Source: Fonticula alba ATCC 38817
Lineage: Eukaryota; Protista; Nucleariida
Direction: 5' to 3' (one strand)
Length of the DNA stretch: 19,706 nt
Assembly: GCA_000388065.2 (NCBI GenBank)
Contig: KB932207.1
Part shown: piece after piece, positions 1 to 10,311 of the stretch
Position numbering within the stretch: the first letter of the stretch is position 1
How the letters are laid out: the number at the start of each line of letters is the position of its first letter
The notes under the pieces: generated by a model
Told to the model about the DNA's origin: nothing
Database searches by the model: none
The model's input: the letters and a program-made list of their open reading frames with translations, nothing else
Made by a program: the position numbers and the translations under genes

Positions 1-502
1 CCCCCCCCCGCCTTCCCACCACGGCCGCTCGGGAAGATGCTCGTGCCCCATCCCCCAGGGTAAGATCCCCCAACGAGGACGGGCACCCATGCGGGGGAGG
101 TTCGTTGGTACATGACACCACGTGAACACCGCGTGCGCGCGCAGCCCCCACGCGTTGCAGTCTTTCCCCCGGGGCCGGAGTGCTCCCGGGGCCCACCCGG
201 CGCGGCAAAACCTTGGAATCCTTCCCGGGCGCCGCCCCGCCCGGCCCCCCCTTTCCCCCCCCCCCCGGTCCCAACCCCCGTCCCCCCCCCCCCCCCGCCC
301 CCGGTTATCTCGCAGGGCCTGCATCCCTCTGGCTCTGCCCTTCTGGCGTGCCTCAACATGGGCACACACCAGCATGCGGAGTGGGTTCCCCGGTATTGTG
401 TGCCATATTGTCCAACCAGGCGCGCACCGTGGCCTGGTCAGTGCCCCGTTTCCCCCCCTTCCCCTTGCCCTTGAAGTCTGGGACCCTTTATCCCCCGGCG
501 CG

Positions 503-636
503 GTGAGTTGGGCCAAAGACACAGATGGAAAAGGATCCCTCCTCCTTCTCTCGAACCCCGCCCTTTCTCTCTCTCTCTCCCTCCCTCCGCTCTCCTCCCC
601 TCCCTCCCCCTCCCTTGCTCCCTCCGCTCTCCGCAG
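503..636 (+). other. Probable 5'-UTR intron of the RSL1D1-like gene
   Basis: GTGAGT donor at 503, long C/T tract, CGCAG acceptor ending at 636, 38 nt before the ATG at 675. Confidence 0.65.
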
Positions 637-674
637 ATCCCGGCTTTTTCCCGCTCTTCCCTCACATCACAACC

Positions 675-1981
675 ATGGAGCACTTTGACCGCGAGCAGGC
701 CCGTAAGTCCGTCCGCGCGCTGATCGCCTACACCGAGAAGCAAGCTGAGGCCTCCAGCGCCGTCCCAGTTGAGACCGACAAGAAGGGCAAGAAGGGCAAG
801 GCCACCGCCGAGGCGGTGCCGGCCATCAAGCCGCTCCCCACCAACAACCTGATCGACGACAGCCTGCCCATCCAGCTGATTGTCTCGGTGAAGAACATCC
901 CCGCTCGTGCGGACAACCGCCCCATGACCATGTGCGCCTTCGGCGGCTCCTGCGCTCTCCCTCTTGCCTGCTTCTTCCTGCGACTTTCTGCCCTTCCCCC
1001 CCTGGACCCCCTCGTCCCCCCGCTTCCCCTGTCCACCGGCCCTCGCTCTTGCTAACCGTCCTCCCCTGTCTCTCTCTCTCTCTCTCCCCTCTCCCCCCCC
1101 CCCTCCCCCCGGCGCTGGCCAGCCCCCTCAAGCACTCGATCTACAAGAAGGCCGAGGTCTGCCTCATCACCAAGGACCCCCGCCAGGAGTACAAGGACCT
1201 GCTGGTGACCGAGAAGGTCAAGGGCATCACTCGCGTCATGGACGTGTCCCAGATCAACAAGGAGTTCCGCCCGTATGAGGCCAAGCGCAACCTGGCCGCC
1301 GCCTATGACCTGTTTCTCGTGGACCTGCGTGTGATTCGCATGATGCCCAAGGCCCTGGGCTCCCCCTTCTACTCGAAGAAGAAGTGCGTCGACGTCGCTT
1401 TGTGTGCACTGCTCCCCGGCTCCCTGCCGCATCTTTCTCTCTCGCGTGTCCTTTTCCGTCGCATCTCCTCCTTTTTGGGTCTTTTTTCTCCCCCTGCCAT
1501 GGGTCTGCACAGGCCTTCCGGCCATGTACCTGCCAATGCCCCGGTCGCCCGCTCTCGCCGGGTCTCCTGCATGCCTGTACTCACTCCTCTGCTGGCCTTC
1601 CTCCCCCTCCCCCTCCCCCCCTCCTCTCCCGCCACCATTGTCATCGTGCTGCTCCTTGCTATGGCACCGGCATCTCCGCCCCACAGGCAGCCCATCCCCA
1701 TTTCTCTCACCACCGAGGATCTGGCCGCACGTGTGGAGGAGCTCCTCTCCTGCACCTACATGTACCACGGCCAGGGCGCCTCCAGCAGCGTGGTCGTCGC
1801 CAGCACCAAGATGTCCGAGAACCAGATCTACGAGAATGTTGTCCATGCCATCCTCGCTGTGGCTGGCCAGATCCCCCGTGGTTGGGCCAACATCCAGAGC
1901 ATCCACGTGAAGACCACTCACTCGGTGTCGATCCCGATCTTTGTGGCCAAGCCCGACCTTGTCCGCAAGATTGGCAACTAA
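675..1981 (+). CDS. RSL1D1: Ribosomal protein L1 domain-containing nucleolar protein (RSL1D1/Utp30/Cic1 family), 3 exons: 675-931, 1123-1383, 1687-1981 (270 aa)
   Basis: Spliced translation MEHFDREQARKSVRALIAY...IQLIVSVKNIP...IPLKHSIY...VCLITKDP...FRPYEAKRNLAAAYDLFLVD...ALGSPFYSKKKQPIPISL...ENQIYENV...GWANIQSIHVKTTHSVSIPIF matches family motifs. Introns 932-1122 (GTGCGC..CAG) and 1384-1686 (GTGCGT..CAG) are both phase 2 and restore the frame; 813 nt is divisible by 3. Confidence 0.92.
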
Positions 1982-2016
1982 TGTGGCTGTCCGCTTCTCC
2001 CTTCTCCCCCCCCCCC

Positions 2017-2351
2017 NNNNNNNNNNNNNNNNNNNNNNNNNNNNNNNNNNNNNNNNNNNNNNNNNNNNNNNNNNNNNNNNNNNNNNNNNNNNNNNNNNNN
2101 NNNNNNNNNNNNNNNNNNNNNNNNNNNNNNNNNNNNNNNNNNNNNNNNNNNNNNNNNNNNNNNNNNNNNNNNNNNNNNNNNNNNNNNNNNNNNNNNNNNN
2201 NNNNNNNNNNNNNNNNNNNNNNNNNNNNNNNNNNNNNNNNNNNNNNNNNNNNNNNNNNNNNNNNNNNNNNNNNNNNNNNNNNNNNNNNNNNNNNNNNNNN
2301 NNNNNNNNNNNNNNNNNNNNNNNNNNNNNNNNNNNNNNNNNNNNNNNNNNN
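2017..2351. other. Assembly gap (335 N) between the convergent 3' ends of the RSL1D1-like and TBC genes
   Basis: Run of N flanked on both sides by poly-C. Confidence 0.99.
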
Positions 2352-2516
2352 CCCCCCCCCCCCCCCCCTGGCTACGACCACTCCCCTGCCCTGCGCCTTC
2401 TGTCCCGACCCACCACCTGGGCACATGACCCGAAGGACGGGCACAAGGCCCCAATGATGGCCACACAACGAGGAGAGGACCAGGGGAAATCTATTCTCAC
2501 AATGGTGGCCCCCTCG

Positions 2517-5500
2517 CTACTGGAAGGGTGTCCCGCCACCGGGCGATGTGGCAATGGTAAAGGCGGTCAAGATGATCCCGGCGATGGTCATCGTGCCGAA
2601 GGAAGTCCCAATCAGTGAGAGGAGAGTGTCATCGGGACGAAGCTTCATGCCGAGCATGGTCCGCAGCCAGCGGCCATCGCGATTCATCAGCCGGTAAAAG
2701 GGCTCATGCTGCAGGGCCAGCTGGCTGGTGAGGGTACCCCGGCGGAGGATCGACGACAGGACCACCGCCGGTGAGGGGCCTGTCGCCTGGCCGTCCGGGT
2801 CCTCGGAGTCGACCGGCGTCGGCCCGCCACCGAAGCCCGCCGGGGCCGGCGGTGGCCGGTGAATCAGTGCCAGCGCCTCGTCCAGGGAGAGGGGGAACTC
2901 GTCCAGCGGGAACTGGGCTTGAATGTGAATGGCCTCCGAGATGATGCGATCGAAGGCGGGGATGGTGGTGGCACGCTGTGAGGCCAGGCGCCCCATGTGC
3001 GAGTGGAGGACCTCGAACTCGGCAGGCATTCCCAAGATGAAGGACCGGGCCCCACGCAAGATGGCAATGCAGTGGTAGATGACCGTCTGATTGTAGGCGC
3101 CGACCATGTGCACCGGGCATTCACCATCGCCCTCGGAGCCGGCATCAGTGCCAGCACTGGTACCAACATCGATCCCGGTCCCGGTCCCGGCCCCGGCCCC
3201 TGCCCCGGCACTTGCCCGGGCCTGGTCATCGGCCGGACCCGCCGGTTCGGCATCTGCCAATGCCTCGGGGTTTGCCCCGCAGCCGGCCCGGCCACACCAG
3301 CCGGCCCACTGGTCGGGATTGCTGGCGGCCAGGATGGCGTCAAAGATGCGATTGCGCACATCCGGCACGTCGATGTCGTGCGAGAACCAGGTCAGCACCC
3401 AGCCCAGGGCGAAGTAGGGCCGCGTGCCGGCCGTATTGATGTGGCCCAGGAGCTCGGGGTCAATCTGTTCCAGGAGGTGGAAAATCCGAGCCAGTTGGTG
3501 CAACACCGGCTGCAGATCCACCGAGAGGTTGCACCGGAGCAGGCCATTGGCACAGGCCATGCGCTCCAGCAGCAGGGCACCCATGGCCGGGCCCACTACC
3601 AGCAGGAGGACCGCCGCCACGTCGTGCAACCCCTGGTAGTAGTGAAGCTCCGGGTGCCGGACCAGCACCGCGTGGATGACCCCATGCAATTGGCCCTTCA
3701 GATCGTTGTACACCGGATCCCGGGAAAGGTCCAGGCTGGAATAGTCCAAAGGATGGACGGGGGTCGGGGCCGGGGCCGGGGCCGGGGCCGGGGCCGGGGC
3801 CGGGGCCGGGGCCGGGGCCGGGGAAGGGGCAGTCGGTCGCCGGCTGCGTGAGCTGATGGCCCCCGGGTCCGAGGGCGACCGGCAAAGGGACGACCCGGCA
3901 CCGAGGACCGACGACGAGACCGAGGAGCGCATCGGGGCCGGCGGCGAGGGAGGCGGCGAGGCCAACAAAGCCGGTGGCGAGGCCAGCAACGGAGAGGGAG
4001 TGTCACGGGCAGGGCCACCGGCGGCGGGGGTGGAAGTCGTCACCGTGGCAACCGCCGGGCCGGGGTGAAGGTGGTCGACATTCAGGCAACCCCCATGATG
4101 AAGAGCGCACCCGATGGCCAGGTCCCCCTCCTCGGCGTCGAGCTCGGCATCGGACATGCACGATAGGTAGCCACTCAAAGGAGTGGAAGCGCCGCCGGTG
4201 GAGAAATGCAAGTCGTGTGCGCTGCCGCCGAAAAAGGCGGACCCATTGCCCCCGGCGGCGCCCATGGCCAGTGGCAGTGGTGGCCGATCGGCCAGAGCCG
4301 ACCCGGGGCGCTGGCCGGTGGCGAGGACAATGCGTCGCGGCTGGTACACTGACATGAAGGAGTGGCTGGCCCCGGGGACCGGGGCGCCCCCCAGGTGGAA
4401 GGCCGAGGCGCTGGCTCCGCCACGAGGCGCTGGCCGAATGGGCTGCAGCTGGCCTGGAACCGGGGCCCGAGCGGGTGATGGGGGCGCCGAGCGAGACACC
4501 GCCCGTGGCTCGGCGAAGCCCACCCCCGAGGGACTGGGACAGGAGGACGAGCATCCGGAATCCACATCACTGATGACGGCGGTCCCGGTGCCGGTGCCGG
4601 TGCCGGTGCCGGTGGTGGAGGTGATGGACCCCGGGCCCGGCATGGCGCGTGACCCGGGCCGGATGCCAAGGAAGCCGGATGTGCCGAACTCCTCGCCCGG
4701 CGGATAGCCGGACTCGGTGTCGGCAAATTCCGAGTCGCTGGAGCTGAGCCCCTCCCCGCGCGAGAGAGGGGCCCCCGGGCGGAAGGTGTCGCCGGGGCCC
4801 CCGGACGCAAGGTCATCCTCGGCAGGGAAGGCGTGGATGGCCGGAACCATTGACCGCATCGAGTGGAAGGATGCCAGGGAGGAGCTGCTGCTGTCGCTGC
4901 TGCTGCTGCTGCTGCTGCGGTTGAGGTCGTCGTCCTCCTGGTCGGTGTCGTTTTCCTCCTCCGCCGCCGAGGCCAACTCGTCGTCGTCATAGTCATCGGA
5001 CTCCGACTCGTCAAAGGAACTGGAGCTGTAGCCCGAGTCCAGGTTTGTGTAGTGGAGGAAATCCACCGCCAGAGGGACGGTCTGAGGCACATCGGGACTG
5101 CTCTCATCGACTGCACATGCCAGGAAGATAGGGGAGGAAGAAAGAGAGAGAGAGAGAGAGAGAGGGAAAAAAGTGAGCGTTTTATGGAGGAGAAGTCAGC
5201 GACCGGGCCGGTGCCCAAGGGCGAGGAAGGGAAGAGCCCCGGGGGAAGGGGGGACGCACGCGAATCGCAAGAGCCCAAGCCCGAGGACGAGGGCGAGGCC
5301 GGCGGGAGGGGCAGACCCCGGCGGAGGGCGCGAGCCTGGCGCAGCTGGGCCCGCTGGTCGCGCCGGGCCAGGCGTTCAACACGTAGCCGGGCGATTTGAG
5401 CCACCTGCTGCGGGGCCACAACCGGCAAGAAGTGCGAACTAGACCGGTGGACATCCAGCTGCACCTGGCCGTCGTCCTTGTGCGGGGTGTCCGCATAGTC

Positions 5501-5961
5501 TGGTCGGTCGCACGGCGAACCGACAGAGTGGGGCGGGGCAGCGGCGCGCCGCGCGGGGCCCGGGAACGTCAGCGGCGGGGACCGGAGAGGGGGGAGAAGG
5601 AGAAAGAGCGCGGGGGGGGAGGGGGGAGGGGCGGGATGGCGCCGATGCAGGGGGAGCCGGGCCGCGCACCAAGGTAGTTCCAGTAGGCAGGGTCACCATC
5701 TGCCTCGAGGGGCAGGCTGCGCGCCTCGAGCCCGAGGAACAGCGGCCACACCTGCTGGCGGATGTGGTTGGTCATCAGGCCACCCGGGGCAAGGGCCAGC
5801 CGCCGGAGGGTTGCCAAGTCCCGGCGGTCGATGGCCAGCTGCAGTTGCCGGAGCTTGTATTGCTGGTCGGCAGTCCCTCCAAGAGCCGGGGAGACGACCG
5901 GCGGTGCGGCGGTGCCCGGCCGGCGGAGACCCACCGCCGCGGGAGGGGCAAACCCGGACAT
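2517..5961 (-). CDS. TBC1D20: TBC-domain Rab GTPase-activating protein, TBC1D20/Gyp8-like, with C-terminal membrane anchor; exons 5961-5670, 5499-5260, 5110-2517 (~1041 aa; start uncertain)
   Basis: N-terminal LATLRRLALAPGGLMTNHIRQQVWPLFLG; Arg finger HKDDGQVQLDVHRS; Gln finger HPELHYYQGLHDVAAVLLLV; later PYFALGWVLTWFSHDI and RIFDAILAS; hydrophobic tail MTIAGIILTAFTIA. Introns 5669-5500 (GTGCGC..CAG) and 5259-5111 (GTGCGT..CAG) are both phase 1 and keep the frame; 3126 nt is divisible by 3. An acceptor at 5995 suggests an upstream exon or 5'-UTR intron. Confidence 0.88.
3766..3823 (+). repeat. (GGGGCC)9GGGG hexanucleotide repeat; encodes (Pro-Ala)n on the minus-strand TBC CDS
   Basis: Nine perfect GGGGCC units at 3766-3819, read directly. 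Confidence 0.97.
4585..4614 (+). repeat. (CCGGTG)5 coding hexamer repeat (Thr-Gly dipeptides in the TBC insertion)
   Basis: Read directly; translates as TGTGTGTGT on the minus strand. Confidence 0.9.
5143..5164 (+). repeat. (AG)11 microsatellite forming the polypyrimidine tract of TBC intron 5259-5111
   Basis: Read directly; (CT)n on the transcribed strand, upstream of the acceptor at 5111. Confidence 0.9.
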
Positions 5962-6520
5962 CGGAGCTTCGGAGGGGGCGGGGTCGGGCCAGAACTGTGT
6001 CGATTGGTAGCGAGACAAAGAGAGAGGGGGGCGGAGGGAGAGAGAGGGGGCGCGCGCGCGTGCACGCGGGAAAGGAGGGGAAGGGGGCGAGGGAAAGTAA
6101 GGTCAACACCCGCCGGTCGAAGAGCGGGGGCGGCGCCTGGAGAAGGGGGCGGGGGCGGGAGTACTGCGGGAGTGGGTGTGAGGGGAAGCGTGGGGAAGGG
6201 GGGGGGGAGGGAGGGGGGCATGATTGACTCGTGAGCATGGGGCCCGCGGCCAGCCGAAGTGTCTCCTAAATTTGCCCCGGGCCCGGAGACGCAGATCAAA
6301 GATGTCCGCTGTGACCAGGGGGGGGGGGGGGGGACGCTGGGCAGATCAGGGGAAGGGGGAGGACGGGAGACTGTCTCGTGCTGTGTGTCCCCCCCGTAGG
6401 AGGTGCCCCTGCCTCAGGATGCGGGGGGGATCCCCCGGGACCGAGAGGCCGGAGCCGGGGCATGGGTGCGTGCGACACGTTGGTGATCTCGGCCGATCTC
6501 CGGTCACGCTCCCGATGTCT

Positions 6521-6544
6521 GCGCGCGCGCGCGCGCGCGCGCGC
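6521..6544. repeat. (GC)12 perfect self-complementary dinucleotide tract
   Basis: Read directly; purine/pyrimidine alternation extends over 6520-6548. Confidence 0.97.
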
Positions 6545-8148
6545 ATGCCTGCCGGTGGCACAATGGGCACCGCACACAAGCCCAGGCCCAACTGGCTTTT
6601 CCCGAATGGCGGGCCACCCAATTGAGGTAGGCCGGGGGCCGGGGTGCGCGGGAAAAATGGCCGCGCGTGTCTCCAGGGCCCCGGCGGTTTGCGTCCCCTG
6701 GGCCGAGCAAAGTGAGCTTGGAGGAGCGGGGCGTGTCTGCGCGAGGCCGAAGGCCGGGCACGGGGGGGCGGGGGGGGGGGGAATACATCAGCCCATCTCG
6801 GCCCGACGCGCAGCAGCCGGGTCCGGGGATTATCCCAGGGCCGTGAGGGCCTCCCAATCAGGCACATGTGTAGGAGAGGGAGAGAGACAATGCCCGCGGC
6901 GCCGCCACCCCGCGCGCGCGTGCACACGCGCGTGGGGAGGGCCGACACGACTGCCTCCGGCGCAGTAGTGTCCGCCCCCCCGCCCCGCCCTCCCGTTGAA
7001 GGGGGGTCTCCTGCGGCACACACCGGCACGCTTTCACCCGCCCCGGCGCCCTTGGGTACAGAGCGGCCGCCATCACTAAGCGAGGCCGTGGCGGATCTCC
7101 CAGCCGACCAGCGACGGGAGCGTGAAAATCCCTTTCACGCTGTCCCCCGGCCCCGCCCAGGGCCCCCGCCAACGGAGTCTTTCGGCGGCAGGTCTACCCT
7201 CAGACCAGGGCACTCCAATGGGACGTGTGGCGAGCGGGCGGCTTCCAATGAACGGCACACCCGGCCGTGCCCGCTCCACACGCCGCCCGTACGAGGAGGG
7301 GGGGGGGGGCGACTGCCCGCGGGCCGACCAAGGCGCCGTGGCTTGCTAGGCTTGGCCGCGCGCGGGCGCGTCAGCCAGACGGGTGTCCCCGCCCTGGGGC
7401 CCGGGCGCTTGCCCACATCCCCTGACATTCCACACCCCATGGGTCGCGCCTGGGCCGGGGGCAGGCCGGTACCGGCACGCCAGCGCCCTGCCGGCCCCCG
7501 TCCCCTGAGACAAGGGAGCGGAGGGGCGGGGCGGGGGGGGGGGGGGGGGGCGCGTGCCGTGCGCCGCGTAAAACCCACTCGGAGTGCCGACGAATTCCCG
7601 GCCCGGGCTTTGAGTGCGTTGGCACGCCCACACCACCCGCCCCCCCCCCCCACCCCAAAACCACCCCCCCCCCCGCCCGATCAAGCGTGCCCACCCGTGC
7701 AACGTAGCCCCATGCAGGGCGCTTGCCCACCTCTGATGCCGGCCGCGGCCAGCCTCCAGCAGGGGAGCAGGTGCCCAGCAAGGGGAGGACGGGCAGGGGG
7801 AGAACCCGGCAAAAAAAGGCACAGGCACAGGAAAGCCGGGGAAAGGTGCGGCGCATGCGACAGAACCCGGAAAGAGGGCCAGCCTCGTACAAGGGCGCTA
7901 CTATGTGAGGGGGGGGGGTGTATTGTGCGCGGCACTGTGAGGAATGAAAAGGGAGCAAGGGAGGGGAGGAGCAGACACGGGAGGGAGAAAGGGGGCGACA
8001 CCCAAAAGCAACAAACCATGCACCTGTGCCCCGCCCCCCCCCCCCGTGGGAGGGCAAGACACCTCTCTCCGGTCGTGTACGTGTGCGTATGTGCATATAT
8101 GTGGTTGTGCGTGTGTATGTACACTCCCACCGGCTCGGCGGGGGATCT

Positions 8149-9299
8149 CTAGCCCGTGCGGATGACACCCGCGGCAATGAGCTTGTTGATCTTGTTGGCC
8201 ACGGTGGGGTTCTTCATGTGCTCGTGCAGGGCAGCCGGGTCGGTGGACGCCTGCTGGAGGATCAGCTGCATGGTCGGGTCGTTGAGGATCCCCTGGATCT
8301 CAGGGTCGTTGGCGATGCGCTGCTTGACGGCCTCCGGGTCAGCCTGGGACTGGCGGTTGATCTCGGTCAGGGCCTGCATGCGGAGCTGCATGAACTGCGG
8401 GTGGCTGGCACCGGAGGTGTCGGCCTGCATGGCCTCGCTGATGGCGGTCAGGGCATCGGCCTCCTTCTTCATCATCATCAGGGCATTGACCTTGCGCTGG
8501 TGGGCGCGCACTGAGGGGGGGGGGGGGGAAGTCGGAGAAAGGGAAAGGGTCAGTGGGAGGGAGGGGGGGCGGAGCGGAGAAAAAAAAGGAAGGGAGAGTC
8601 ATGCGCGGCCGCCCGCGGGAGGGGGGGGGGGGGACACGTACTGAAGGTGGGATCCAGCTTCAGGGCCTCCTCGCAATCGCGCAGGGCCTCATTCGGGGCC
8701 ATGAGCTTGATGAAGGAGGCAGCCCGGTTGGACCAGTTGCGCGGGTCCTTGGGATTGCGCTTGATGGCCTCGCTGTAGGCGTCAACCGACTCCTTGAACT
8801 TGGAGTCCTTGAACAGGGCGTTGCCCCGCTCGCGCTCCTGGTCCGAGATCTCCGGGCTCAGGTAGGCCTCGGCGCGGCGCTTCTCCAGCTTCTTGGTGGT
8901 CTCCTGGATCTGGATGGCCACCTGGCGGTTGCGGGAGTTGGTCTGCGCACGCTTGAAGTACTCGATGGCATCCTCCAGGCGATCCAGCTTGAGGGCGGCA
9001 TTGCCAGCGCGAGCCAGGATCCGCGCCAGCAGCGCGTAATCCGTGCGGATTTCCGTCGACAGGTCGGCCGCCTGCAGGCACACCCGGATGCACTCCTCAA
9101 AGTCCCCGGTCTCAAAGTGCACGGCAGACTGGTTCCCCAGGTAGGCCACATCCTTCGGGTAAGTGTCCCACGCCTGCTTGTAGAGGCTGAGGGCAGTGGC
9201 GAAGTCCCGGCTCTTGTAGGCCTCCGTCCCCCGGGCCTTGAGGGCATCGGCGGCCTGCTTCTTCTCCAGCTCGGCCTGGGCCTCCGGGTCGAGCTCCAT

Positions 9300-9331
<32 letters not shown>

Positions 9332-10311
9332 NNNNNNNNNNNNNNNNNNNNNNNNNNNNNNNNNNNNNNNNNNNNNNNNNNNNNNNNNNNNNNNNNNNNN
9401 NNNNNNNNNNNNNNNNNNNNNNNNNNNNNNNNNNNNNNNNNNNNNNNNNNNNNNNNNNNNNNNNNNNNNNNNNNNNNNNNNNNNNNNNNNNNNNNNNNNN
9501 NNNNNNNNNNNNNNNNNNNNNNNNNNNNNNNNNNNNNNNNNNNNNNNNNNNNNNNNNNNNNNNNNNNNNNNNNNNNNNNNNNNNNNNNNNNNNNNNNNNN
9601 NNNNNNNNNNNNNNNNNNNNNNNNNNNNNNNNNNNNNNNNNNNNNNNNNNNNNNNNNNNNNNNNNNNNNNNNNNNNNNNNNNNNNNNNNNNNNNNNNNNN
9701 NNNNNNNNNNNNNNNNNNNNNNNNNNNNNNNNNNNNNNNNNNNNNNNNNNNNNNNNNNNNNNNNNNNNNNNNNNNNNNNNNNNNNNNNNNNNNNNNNNNN
9801 NNNNNNNNNNNNNNNNNNNNNNNNNNNNNNNNNNNNNNNNNNNNNNNNNNNNNNNNNNNNNNNNNNNNNNNNNNNNNNNNNGGGGGGAAGCCGAGGATCG
9901 GGAGGGGAGACGAGTCAGTAAGGAAGCAGCCCTCGGCAGGGGGGACCAGACCAAGCAAGGACGGAAGGGATGCAGGCCAGAGACGCACGGAGCGGTTGGA
10001 GAAGTAAACGTGGTTCTTGTCATCAAGGTCAATCGCCTGGGTGAAGAGGTCGATGGCCTCGGTGAAGTTGCCCGCGGAGAAGGCGGCGTTACCGCGGTTC
10101 TTAAGATCCTCGGCCTGTGAAGCGGGTGACGGGGGGAGAGGGAGCGGGCGTGTGCGTGTGCGTGCGCATGTGCATGTATCAGGACGGGGCAAAGGAGGGC
10201 ATATGTCAGAAAAGACGCAAGCAGGAGGCAGGACGGATGCGGGAAAGGTGCGCCGATGCGGATGAGGGCAGGGAAGGGAGGACGGAGGGAAGGCCCCACA
10301 CATACAGACAT
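8149..10311 (-). CDS. STI1: Hsp70/Hsp90 organizing co-chaperone STI1/HOP (TPR1-[gap]-TPR2A-TPR2B-DP2); visible coding segments 10311-10306, 10114-9989, (gap)-8642, 8510-8149
   Basis: MS|AEDLKNRGNAAFSAGNFTEAIDLFTQAIDLDDKNHVYFSNRS (TPR1); ADALKARGTEAYKSRDF (TPR2A); AYLSPEISDQERERGNALFKDSKF...AIKRNPKDPRNWSNRAAS (TPR2B); DPEIQGILNDPTMQLILQQASTDPAALHEHMKNPTVANKINKLIAAGVIR (DP2). Introns 10305-10115 (GTATGT), one starting at 9988 (GTGCGT, end lies in or near the gap) and 8641-8511 (GTACGT). Confidence 0.95.
9301..9331 (+). repeat. (GGCTCC)5+ coding hexamer repeat, Glu-Pro linker of STI1, truncated by the gap
   Basis: Read directly; EPEPEP on the minus strand, typical of the STI1 DP1-TPR2A linker. 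Confidence 0.9.
9332..9881. other. Assembly gap (550 N) inside STI1, expected to hold the rest of TPR1 and DP1
   Basis: N run between a poly-G edge and a hexamer repeat; its size roughly fits the missing domains. Confidence 0.97.

Noticed and set aside
37-723. Spliced upstream ORF using donor 60, acceptor 315 and intron 503-636
   Set aside because: It is out of frame with RSL1D1, gives no recognisable protein, and the first junction is unsupported at the window edge.
6866-8152. 428-aa plus-strand ORF and other long Arg/Pro/Gly-rich ORFs, including antisense ORFs over real genes (e.g. 2997-3851, 11808-13541)
   Set aside because: They have no domain-like sequence and cross homopolymers and microsatellites. 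They are expected from stop-codon scarcity in GC-rich DNA.
9912-9932. GTCAGTAAGGAAGCAGCC resembling SRP RNA helix 8
   Set aside because: It lacks the central stem and tetraloop and lies antisense within a STI1 intron.
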